This document shows, in pieces, positions 1-6,942 of a DNA stretch of 39,694 bases. The stretch lies in assembly GCA_009920585.1 (NCBI GenBank), contig RFZT01000001.1:1-39694 (forward strand), read 5' to 3'. This DNA comes from a bacterium. Its GTDB lineage: Bacteria > Verrucomicrobiota > Verrucomicrobiia > Chthoniobacterales > Terrimicrobiaceae. The notes under the pieces were generated by a model that was not told the DNA's origin, searched no databases, and saw nothing but the letters and a program-made list of their open reading frames with translations. The stretch's first letter is position 1. Each line of letters opens with the position of its first letter. The position numbers and the translations under genes are program-made.

Positions 1-1323
1 GCGGCAGCCGGTGGAGTCCCAAGAGAAATTGGAAGCCTGAGAGCTGAGACCTGAAACTTGAATGGGATTTGCTTGATTCAAATTTCCGGTTTCCGGTTTC
101 CGGTTTTGCTGGTTGTCGGGTGTTTGCCATGCTGTGGCGTGGGTGGGGAGGCTGAATTCGAAGACATCTTCGAGGCCGGCGAGACCGGCGCGGAGGATTT
201 CCCAGTTGCGTTTGCGGGCTTCGATGAAGGCGGGAAGTTTTTTGAGCTGCTGGCGACCGATCGCGGCTTGGGGGTCGAGCGGCTTGAGGTTGTAGCCGAG
301 GTGGCTGTAGATGTATTTGTGGTCGTAGCCCTTTGGCAGCTCGCCGAGTTGCCAGCCGAAGCGTTTGCCGCAGGTGTCGTCTTTGCCGGAGGCACACCAA
401 CAGTCGCGGCCCCAGTCGCGGAAGCTCTCGGCGTAGGTTTTGAGCGGCGGATGCCTGATGATATTCACCGCGCCACCCTCGCCCATCGTGAGGTGGTGCG
501 GCGGGTAGAAGGATTGGGTGGAGATGTCGCCCCAGACGCCGGTGGGTGCTGTCAGAAGTCGAGGGTCGAGAGTCGAGGGTCGAGAGGGATCAATCTCAAA
601 GCGGATGAGCGGGTGGGTGCCGGCTTCGGCGATTTTGAGAAGGTGGTCGAGGGCGAGTTTGCGCGCCAACTCGACGGGCATGGAGTAGGTGCAGCCGAGG
701 GCATCGCAGTTGTCTTCGATGAGCCAGAGATCGTGCTGACGGCAAAACTTGAGAACGGAAGCGATCGGAAAGGGATTCCCCAAGGCATGGGCGATCATGA
801 CGGCCTTGGTTTTGCCTGGCGAATAGGCGGCCTCCAGTTGCTCGGCGCGGATATTTCCTGTGGTCGGGTCGTTATCGACAAAGACGGCGACGGCTCCGGA
901 TTGGATGATCGGCGCAACCGTGGTTGGGAAGCCTGCCGCGACCGTAATCACTTCATCGCCGGGCTGAATGCGCTTGTGAGGCGGCAGCTTGTGGGTGGTG
1001 AGCGCGGCGAAGGCGACGAGATTGGCGGAGGAGCCGGAATTGACGAGCAGAGAGTGCCGGACGCCGAGGAGCGCGGCGAGTTCTTTCTCGAAGGCCTCGC
1101 CCTCGGGCCCAAGTGTGAGCCAGAAATCCAGAGTGGATGAAACGGCGGCCTGCACTTCGTCTTCGGTGAAAACGCGACCGGCGTAAGGAACAGTGGTTTC
1201 GCCCGGAATAAAAGCCGGACGCTGCGGATCGTCGCCCGGTCGGTTGGCGGCATGAAATGTGCGCGAGTAGGTGCGGGTGGCTTCGCTGATTCGTTGTTTG
1301 AGAATGGGAGCCACGAAAGCCAT
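1..1323 (-). CDS. rfbH: CDP-4-keto-6-deoxy-D-glucose-3-dehydrase (E1 dehydrase, RfbH/DdhC; DegT/DnrJ/EryC1 fold); 3' end lies beyond the left edge
   Basis: Hand translation of the minus strand from ATG 1323 stays open to position 1 (441 codons). It is absent from the ORF track because there is no stop in the window. It reads MAFVAPILKQRISEATRTY..FIPGETTVPYAGRVF..SSANLVAFAALT..GDEVITVAAGFPTTVAPIIQ..WLIEDNCDALG..SFYPPHHLTMGEGGAV..FRDWGRDCWCASGKDDTCGKRFGWQLGELPKGYDHKYIYSHLGYNLKP. This is colinear with enterobacterial RfbH, including the CxCx7C Fe-S cysteines. It lies downstream of rfbF-rfbG. Confidence 0.85.
   Translation of the reverse strand, partial: MAFVAPILKQRISEATRTYSRTFHAANRPGDDPQRPAFIPGETTVPYAGRVFTEDEVQAAVSSTLDFWLTLGPEGEAFEKELAALLGVRHSLLVNSGSSANLVAFAALTTHKLPPHKRIQPGDEVITVAAGFPTTVAPIIQSGAVAVFVDNDPTTGNIRAEQLEAAYSPGKTKAVMIAHALGNPFPIASVLKFCRQHDLWLIEDNCDALGCTYSMPVELARKLALDHLLKIAEAGTHPLIRFEIDPSRPSTLDPRLLTAPTGVWGDISTQSFYPPHHLTMGEGGAVNIIRHPPLKTYAESFRDWGRDCWCASGKDDTCGKRFGWQLGELPKGYDHKYIYSHLGYNLKPLDPQAAIGRQQLKKLPAFIEARKRNWEILRAGLAGLEDVFEFSLPTHATAWQTPDNQQNRKPETGNLNQANPIQVSGLSSQASNFSWDSTGCR
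84..104. repeat. Perfect tandem heptamer (TTCCGGT)x3 inside the rfbH coding sequence
   Basis: Read directly at 84-90, 91-97 and 98-104. On the coding strand it encodes ..NRKPETGN.. within a stretch that does not align with canonical RfbH. Confidence 0.9.
558..585. repeat. Tandem 14-mer (GTCGAGGGTCGAGA)x2, i.e. four 7-mers, inside the rfbH coding sequence
   Basis: Read directly at 558-571 and 572-585. It encodes ..DPSRPSTLDPRL.. inside the extra segment of RfbH. Confidence 0.9.
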
Positions 1324-1593
1324 ATTCAATTGGCCGCAATACCTCGTAACCGAGGCGGCATTGGTTTTAGCCACATCGTTGACTATGATCCAAGACTCCA
1401 TCGGCAGGCTTCCTTTTTGAAAAGAACCTGGCTCGATTTTGATCATACCAGAAGTGTCGAATGCTTTGCTGGAAATCTTAAGAACTTCAAAATCTCCCCA
1501 CTCGTCGGCATTTGAGATAATCAAGCATGGGCGCTCTTTGAAGACAGGCTTATCCGCCATGGGAAACTGAGCAAAAATGACATCGCCTATCAT
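1324..1593 (-). pseudogene. PemK/MazF-like toxin domain (90 codons) with no stop codon of its own, in frame with rfbH; either a truncated remnant or an N-terminal fusion
   Basis: Codon-by-codon reading from ATG 1593 gives MIGDVIFAQFPMADKPVFKERPCLIISNADEWGDFEVLKISSKAFDTSGMIKIEPGSFQKGSLPMESWIIVNDVAKTNAASVTRYCGQLN, followed directly by the rfbH ATG at 1323 (270 nt, in frame, no stop). The GD[IV]..[AV].FP, RP.L[IV][IV]S and [IV]..I[ST]S pattern matches PemK/MazF toxins. The usual C-terminal helix of about 20 residues is missing. Confidence 0.5.
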
Positions 1594-1599
1594 AAAATC

Positions 1600-1881
1600 T
1601 TAGGCTTTGAATTCAGCGAGCGGCAGAGTCGCATCGACCGGGAGTGCCTCCACGGCTTGATCCCACTCGTCTTCCTTCATCCACTCTTGGTAGCTCTTCG
1701 ATTGAGTCTGAAACATCATGTCCTCGCGGCTTTCCTTGGGAATGGACTGCCAGATTCGCTGAGCGGCCAATTTTTCGATCTCCTCGCTTGTGAAAAGCTC
1801 GATCTCGCGGCCTTGCGGCATCTCGCCGGTGCAATCAATAACTCGAAGCGTATTTCCTTCTGCAAAAACTTTTATGCTCAT
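1600..1881 (-). CDS. Hypothetical 93-aa protein; putative antitoxin partner of the downstream MazF-like frame
   Basis: ORF-track ORF. Its stop lies 6 nt before the toxin-like ATG at 1593, which is the classic antitoxin-then-toxin order. The N-terminus MSIKVFAEGNTLRVIDCTGEMPQGREIELF resembles short beta-strand antitoxin N-domains (AbrB/SpoVT-like or AF2212/DUF104-like), and the C-terminal half is acidic. I do not recognise the family with confidence. Confidence 0.45.
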   Translation of the reverse strand: MSIKVFAEGNTLRVIDCTGEMPQGREIELFTSEEIEKLAAQRIWQSIPKESREDMMFQTQSKSYQEWMKEDEWDQAVEALPVDATLPLAEFKA

Positions 1882-2089
1882 AATTTTTAAAATTTAACTG
1901 AAAAATTAAAAAGGTCGACAGCGTCTTCATCCTCACCACCACGAATGAAAGAGGGCATTTGCAAATCGAGGTGCATTTTGGATTTGAAAAAATTATCCCA
2001 ATCGAACTCTTCATCTGCGATATCGCCAAAAAAATTACAAAGACCTATGGTCTAAAAACATTTATCGGCATCCAAGGTGTCGCTAATAT

Positions 2090-3172
2090 TCATTTCTTAC
2101 TCAAGTATTCCTTGATTTGACGCTGGGTCAATTCTGCGGGATCTCCGCCTTCGTGCGTGGCACGATACCATTCCACTGTTTTTTGGACAGCGGTTTGAAA
2201 GTCCCATCGGGGCTGCCAACCGAGCAGGTGAAAGGCTTTTTCGGTGGTCAGGTTCAACTTGCCGGCCTCGTGCGGTGCGTTCGGGTCGGACTGGTCTATC
2301 CACTCGCCAGGCCAGTGTTTGAGGGCTTCCGATACCACATCCGCCACCGTGCGATTGGCACTGAGATGCGGGCCGAAGTTGAAAGCGGAATCAAGCGTGC
2401 CGGACGGAAAGCTTTCTCTGGTGAGTTTCGCTGCCAGTAGGAGGTAACCGGAGAGCGGTTCCAGCACATGCTGCCAAGGGCGCGTTGCTGTTTTATTCCT
2501 AACGGTAATAGTTGACGAATCTTTGAGGGCGCGGATGCAATCAGGCACAATGCGATCCGTTGCCCAGTCGCCACCGCCAATGACATTGCCGGCTCGGGCG
2601 CTCGCGATTTTGACAGAATGGTTTTGAAAAAATGACCGGCGCCAAGATGAGATGGCGATCTCGCAAGCCGCCTTGCTCGAGCTGTAGGGATCATGACCAC
2701 CGAGTGGATCTTCCTCACGATACCCATGCAGCCACTCGCGGTTCTCGTAGCATTTATCCGTGGTCACCATGACAGCCGCACAGGGCTTTTCCAACTGCCG
2801 CAGAGCTTCCAAAACATGGATCGTTCCGAGCACATTGGTTTGGTAGGTTTCGACGGGCTCCGTGTAGGAGAGCCTTACCAGTGGCTGCGCGGCGAGGTGA
2901 AAAACAAAATCCGGTTGGCAGAATAGCAGAGACTTGCTAACGGCACCGGCATCCCGGATGTCGCCTTCCTGCCAATCCACGCGCGACGTTAATCCCAGTT
3001 GATAAAAAAGCGCGGGGTCAGTAGGCGGTGGGAGCGAAAAAATGGAAACTTTTGCGCCCATCAAGTAAAGCCACTCTGCGAGCCAAGATCCCTTAAATCC
3101 CGTGCCACCACTGAGCCAGACCTTTTTGCCAGCGAAAATCTTCTGAAACATAACAGCTACCAAACCTTCCAC
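2090..3172 (-). CDS. rfbG: CDP-glucose 4,6-dehydratase
   Basis: 360-aa ORF with a Rossmann motif LSGGTGFKGSWL, a YxxxK catalytic motif (PYSSSKAACE) and an extended-SDR length. It follows the cytidylyltransferase gene. ATG 3172 overlaps rfbF by 16 nt, so the internal ATG at 3151 (MFQKIFAGKKVW) may be the true start. Confidence 0.9.
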   Translation of the reverse strand: MEGLVAVMFQKIFAGKKVWLSGGTGFKGSWLAEWLYLMGAKVSIFSLPPPTDPALFYQLGLTSRVDWQEGDIRDAGAVSKSLLFCQPDFVFHLAAQPLVRLSYTEPVETYQTNVLGTIHVLEALRQLEKPCAAVMVTTDKCYENREWLHGYREEDPLGGHDPYSSSKAACEIAISSWRRSFFQNHSVKIASARAGNVIGGGDWATDRIVPDCIRALKDSSTITVRNKTATRPWQHVLEPLSGYLLLAAKLTRESFPSGTLDSAFNFGPHLSANRTVADVVSEALKHWPGEWIDQSDPNAPHEAGKLNLTTEKAFHLLGWQPRWDFQTAVQKTVEWYRATHEGGDPAELTQRQIKEYLSKK

Positions 3173-3939
3173 GGCGCGTTGCCCTCAGCCCAGAGTTTGT
3201 TGAGATACTGGCTTTCCTGATAAGTGTCCATGGGTTGCCAAAAGCCCTCATGCTTGAAAGCGTGGAGTTGGCTGTCGCGAACAAGATTATCCATCGGTTG
3301 GCGCTCCAGCATCATGTTCGGATCATTTGGAAGATAATCAAAAAGTCTATAATCGCAGACCATGTACCCCCCATTGACAAACGCATCTTCAAACTGAGGT
3401 TTTTCACTGAAGACGTGAATTTTTCCATCATCTTCAATGCGCAGGGAGCCGAACCGACCTGCGGGATGAACGGCCGAAATCGTGCAGGTTTTTTTTGCGA
3501 TTCTATGTTCTGCAATACTCGCGTTGATATCGATAGTGGCTAGCCCATCTCCATAAGTCATGAGAAAACTTTCGCCTTGAGGAATGTATTTTTGGATTTG
3601 CTTCACGCGATAAGCCGTCATGGATTCCTCGCCGGTATCTGCTAGAGTAACTGTCCAATCCTCTTCCTCGTGCGAGGTATGGAATTCAACGGAAGGATTC
3701 CGCCCGAGGGATAGCGTGGTGTCGCATGTGTTCCAGAGGTAGTTGCGAAAGTATTCCTTTATAATATCCCCTTTGTAGCCAATGCATAAGATAAAATCAT
3801 TATAACCATAATGCGCGTAGGTTTTCATGATATGCCAAACGACTGGGCGATTGCCTATCGGAACCATAGGCTTTGGCCGAAATTCCGTCTCCTCCCGAAG
3901 ACGAGTCCCTTTTCCACCGCAGAGTATGACAACTTTCAT
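3157..3939 (-). CDS. rfbF: Glucose-1-phosphate cytidylyltransferase
   Basis: 260-aa ORF starting MKVVILCGGKGTRLREETEFRPKPMVPIGNRPVVWHIMKTYAHYGYNDFILCIGYKG. This is the typical RfbF/DdhA N-terminus and length. Confidence 0.92.
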   Translation of the reverse strand: MKVVILCGGKGTRLREETEFRPKPMVPIGNRPVVWHIMKTYAHYGYNDFILCIGYKGDIIKEYFRNYLWNTCDTTLSLGRNPSVEFHTSHEEEDWTVTLADTGEESMTAYRVKQIQKYIPQGESFLMTYGDGLATIDINASIAEHRIAKKTCTISAVHPAGRFGSLRIEDDGKIHVFSEKPQFEDAFVNGGYMVCDYRLFDYLPNDPNMMLERQPMDNLVRDSQLHAFKHEGFWQPMDTYQESQYLNKLWAEGNAPWKVW

Positions 3940-3976
3940 TGCAATAAATGTTTAGAGAGATGCATCACAGATGAAA

Positions 3977-3998
3977 ATTACCTGCAAAGCAAGGTAAT
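3977..3998. promoter_or_regulatory. Inverted repeat ATTACCT-N8-AGGTAAT in the divergent rfbF / TPR-GT41 intergenic region (candidate operator)
   Basis: Perfect 7-bp arms at 3977-3983 and 3992-3998, read directly. They sit in the AT-rich 150-bp divergent promoter region. No binding factor is known. Confidence 0.2.
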
Positions 3999-4089
3999 CC
4001 CGGATCAGATTAATAACACATGATGATTTTTATCGTGGTTGATTCTGTTTTTTGAGTAAAGTATCACATTTCTGGCCACCCAGAATGGG

Positions 4090-6489
4090 ATGTTGCCTTC
4101 AAGTTGTAAGATTTTTGAAATGAATCAAAGCGTAAAGAATTTAGAAAAGGCTCATCAAGCTTTTAGGGTAGGTCGCTTGTCGGATGCTGAAGAGATTTGC
4201 CGCGAGATTTTGGGCAATGATGAGCAGTGTGCTGGAGCCTGGCATCTGATGGGCAAGATGGCGGCTTTGCAGGGTGATCTGGAAACGGCGAATGAGTTTG
4301 CGTCTGTGGCATGTGACTTGGATCCGCAGAATGCGGAATTTATTCGCGATGTTGCCGAGGTTTTTTTAAGGGAAAAGAAACTAGAGTCAGCGGAGCAGCA
4401 TTCGCGGAGGGCTTTGGAGCTATTGCCGGATTCGCCGGAGGGGCTTGTTCTGCTTGCGAGGATTTTGGCCGAGAAGGAAGAAAAGTCTGCAGCACTGGAG
4501 GCGTTTCAGGAGGCTGTAAGAATTCGAAAAGACTATGCGGAGGGGCTTTCTTACTATGCGCTGGCTTTGCAGAAATTCGGACGTGGCAAGGATGCGATTT
4601 CGCAGATTCGGAAGGCGTGTGCGCTGGAGCCAGATTCGGTCGAGTTCCAGACCAATCTGGCGATTTTGCTGGAGCAGAATGCGCGATATATGGATTCGCT
4701 GGCGGCCTATGGCAAGGCGGCCCGCATGAATCCGAGTGTGGGCTTCGTGTGGTTCCGTCAAGGCAAGCTACTCAATGGGCTAAAGCGCTATGCGGAGTCG
4801 ATTGCTGCTTTGGAAAAAGCGATTTCGCTACCGGGGCAGTTGGGTGATTACCATTACGAATACGGTCTTGCTCTGCATATGACCAAGCGATTTCAGGAAG
4901 CTCTTGCGAATTATGAAAAGGCGCTCTCGATGGGCTACAATACGGCGGCACTTCAATGCAATCGGGGCGTGATCTACAAAGACCTTCGGCGGGGTGGCGA
5001 CTCCATAATGGCGTTTCATACCGCGGTTATAATGGAGCCAACCAATGTCTCCTATCTTAACAACCTAGGGGCTGCGGCTCTCGAAATCGGACTGAACTCC
5101 GAAGCACTCGAGTGTTTTGAGCAGGCCGTTGAGAAAAATCCCAAGCTCCCCACGGCTCACAACAATATCGGAAATCTACTTAAGGATCGTGCTCGTGGTA
5201 TGGATGCCCTGCCTCATTACCGCACGGCGATAGAACTTAATCCCGACGACAGAGACTCGCCGAGCAACTATCTGCTCTGCCACATGTATATCCCTGACAT
5301 GGATCCCAAGCTCGTCTTCGAAGAGCATAAAAAATGGGGTCTCTCGACTACCAAAAAGTTTCCGCCCGCCTTCAAATTCAAGCCACGTTTGGTTGATGCA
5401 AAGATTCGGTTGGGGTTTCTTTCCGCCGACCTGTGTCATCATCCGGTCGCTCATTTTATTGAACCTATCTTTCTCGAATATGATCGTGAGCGTTTCGAGA
5501 TCGTAGCCTATGGGGATCAGCGTAAATCCGACGATTTCTCGGCCCGTTTCGCCACGCAAGTGGATCTATGGCGCGAAACCTCGAGTTACGATGATAAAGC
5601 GCTGGCGAAGCTGATACATGAGGACCATGTCGATATTCTTTTTGAGTTGGCGGGGCACACGGCTTACAATCGTCTGGGAGTATTCGCTCTCAAGCCTGCT
5701 CCAGTGCAGGTGAGTTATTTGGGATATCCAGGAACAACTGGACTGCCTGCGATCGATTTTAGAATTACCGATGCCTTTGCCGATCCGCAGGGAACAACCG
5801 AGCATTTGCACACTGAGAAACTGATCCGCGTTCCGGAGTGTGCTTGGTGCTTCCAGCCGGGAGAGTCAACGCCAGAGGTCGAACCTTTGCCTGCATTGAA
5901 AAATGGTTACGTGACATTTGGTTGTTTTAACAACATGGCCAAGTTGAATCCTGCGCTCTTTGAGGTGTGGGCGGAAATTCTGATTCGCGTGCCGGGCTCT
6001 CATCTGCGATTGAAGGCGCGAACGCTCACCGATGATGGTGTTCGAAAGGAACTGATGGCTTATTTTACTGAGCGCGGAATCGAGGAAAACCGCCTCGAAT
6101 TCTTTGGACACACCAAAAAAACAACGGATCACTTGAGTCATTACCACTCGGTGGATATTGCCCTCGACAGCTTTCCTTATCATGGCACAACCACAACTTG
6201 CGAAGCCATGTGGATGGGGTGTCCAGTTGTAACCAGGGCAGGAAAAGTTCACGTTTCGCGTGTTGGCGTGAGCTTGCTAAATGCCGTGGGGATTCAGGAA
6301 TTCATTGCCGAAACACGTGAGGATTATATCCAAAAAGCTGTCAATTTGGCGGGCGATTTGAATAAACTGAGTGCTCTTCGCTCCACGCTTCGTGAAAAAA
6401 TGAAATCCTCCGTTCTGATCGATGGAAGTGTTTTTGTGAGAGGATTTGAAGCGTCGCTGATGGCAGCCCTTCCCAAGTTGCGGATTTGA
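4090..6489 (+). CDS. TPR-repeat protein with a C-terminal GT41 (SPINDLY/O-GlcNAc-transferase-like) glycosyltransferase domain
   Basis: 799-aa ORF. The N-terminal ~380 aa are 34-residue TPR-like repeats (..AWHLMGKMAALQGDLETA.., ..ALANYEKALSMGYN.., ..ALECFEQAVEKNPK..). The C-terminal half carries HHPVAHFIEP.., VSYLGYPGTTGLPAIDFRITD, FGCFNNMAKLNP and DIALDSFPYHGTTTTCEAMWMGCPVVT, typical of bacterial GT41 proteins. The start could instead be the second ATG, at 4120 (MNQSVK). Confidence 0.85.
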   Translation: MLPSSCKIFEMNQSVKNLEKAHQAFRVGRLSDAEEICREILGNDEQCAGAWHLMGKMAALQGDLETANEFASVACDLDPQNAEFIRDVAEVFLREKKLESAEQHSRRALELLPDSPEGLVLLARILAEKEEKSAALEAFQEAVRIRKDYAEGLSYYALALQKFGRGKDAISQIRKACALEPDSVEFQTNLAILLEQNARYMDSLAAYGKAARMNPSVGFVWFRQGKLLNGLKRYAESIAALEKAISLPGQLGDYHYEYGLALHMTKRFQEALANYEKALSMGYNTAALQCNRGVIYKDLRRGGDSIMAFHTAVIMEPTNVSYLNNLGAAALEIGLNSEALECFEQAVEKNPKLPTAHNNIGNLLKDRARGMDALPHYRTAIELNPDDRDSPSNYLLCHMYIPDMDPKLVFEEHKKWGLSTTKKFPPAFKFKPRLVDAKIRLGFLSADLCHHPVAHFIEPIFLEYDRERFEIVAYGDQRKSDDFSARFATQVDLWRETSSYDDKALAKLIHEDHVDILFELAGHTAYNRLGVFALKPAPVQVSYLGYPGTTGLPAIDFRITDAFADPQGTTEHLHTEKLIRVPECAWCFQPGESTPEVEPLPALKNGYVTFGCFNNMAKLNPALFEVWAEILIRVPGSHLRLKARTLTDDGVRKELMAYFTERGIEENRLEFFGHTKKTTDHLSHYHSVDIALDSFPYHGTTTTCEAMWMGCPVVTRAGKVHVSRVGVSLLNAVGIQEFIAETREDYIQKAVNLAGDLNKLSALRSTLREKMKSSVLIDGSVFVRGFEASLMAALPKLRI

Positions 6490-6537
6490 TTTTGCTTGGT
6501 TCCTTTTAACAGCTGATCCACCGAGTTTGGATTTGGT

Positions 6538-6576
6538 GGGCGGCAAAGTGTATGCCGTCCTTCAGGCGTTAATTTT
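6538..6576 (+). terminator. Possible intrinsic terminator after the TPR-GT41 gene
   Basis: Stem GGGCGGCA (6538-6545) pairs with TGCCGTCC (6553-6560) with one mismatch and a 7-nt loop, followed by TTCAGGCGTTAATTTT. The T-tract is weak. Confidence 0.25.
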
Positions 6577-6841
6577 GATCTAGGGCGAGTATATCGGGCC
6601 ATGTGATCTCGCGGCCTGATTGCAAGGAGAGGGAAGCAAGTCGCAGCAGTTTGACGCCCTTTGAGGGATCTGTTTTTTCAAAGAGGGAGGCCAATTCCAT
6701 CACGGCTCGAATCTTGATGCGAATGGGATCGTATGCTGGGATCAGCCGTCGGGTTGGGGAGTTAAAAAGGAGGTGCAGGAATTCAAGTCCGCTTGGCGTG
6801 TTACCAAGATGGATTTCGGCTTGTGCTCGTAGGAGGAGCAA
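6569..6841 (-). CDS. Hypothetical small protein or gene remnant downstream of rho
   Basis: 90-aa ORF that starts at TTG. The frame stays open upstream into the rho 3' end with no ATG. The sequence looks helical (LLRAQAEIHLGNTPSGLEFLHLLF..). I recognise no family. Confidence 0.25.
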   Translation of the reverse strand: MLLLRAQAEIHLGNTPSGLEFLHLLFNSPTRRLIPAYDPIRIKIRAVMELASLFEKTDPSKGVKLLRLASLSLQSGREITWPDILALDQN

Positions 6842-6942
6842 TTCCGGATGCCAGTCCGATGGTTGAGATGAGGGTTGGAGAGCTGGAATCTGATCAAATC
6901 TTTTCAGGTCACTAAGGCATGTCGCGCGTCGGAAAAGAAACT

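Noticed and set aside
58-1140. 360-aa plus-strand ORF, the largest ORF in the track at the left end
   Set aside because: It is antisense to the clearly recognisable RfbH frame. Its sequence is low-complexity (Gly/Ala/Val/Glu-rich) with no motifs. It is a typical shadow ORF opposite a real gene.
1835-2029. 64-aa minus-strand ORF overlapping the start of the putative antitoxin
   Set aside because: It lies in the AT-rich spacer, overlaps the better-supported 93-aa gene, and has an implausible Cys/Phe/Lys-rich composition.
1324-2089. Calling the TA-like cassette a mobile element
   Set aside because: I see no transposase, integrase, terminal inverted repeats or target-site duplications flanking it. 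Only the compositional contrast and gene content suggest acquisition.
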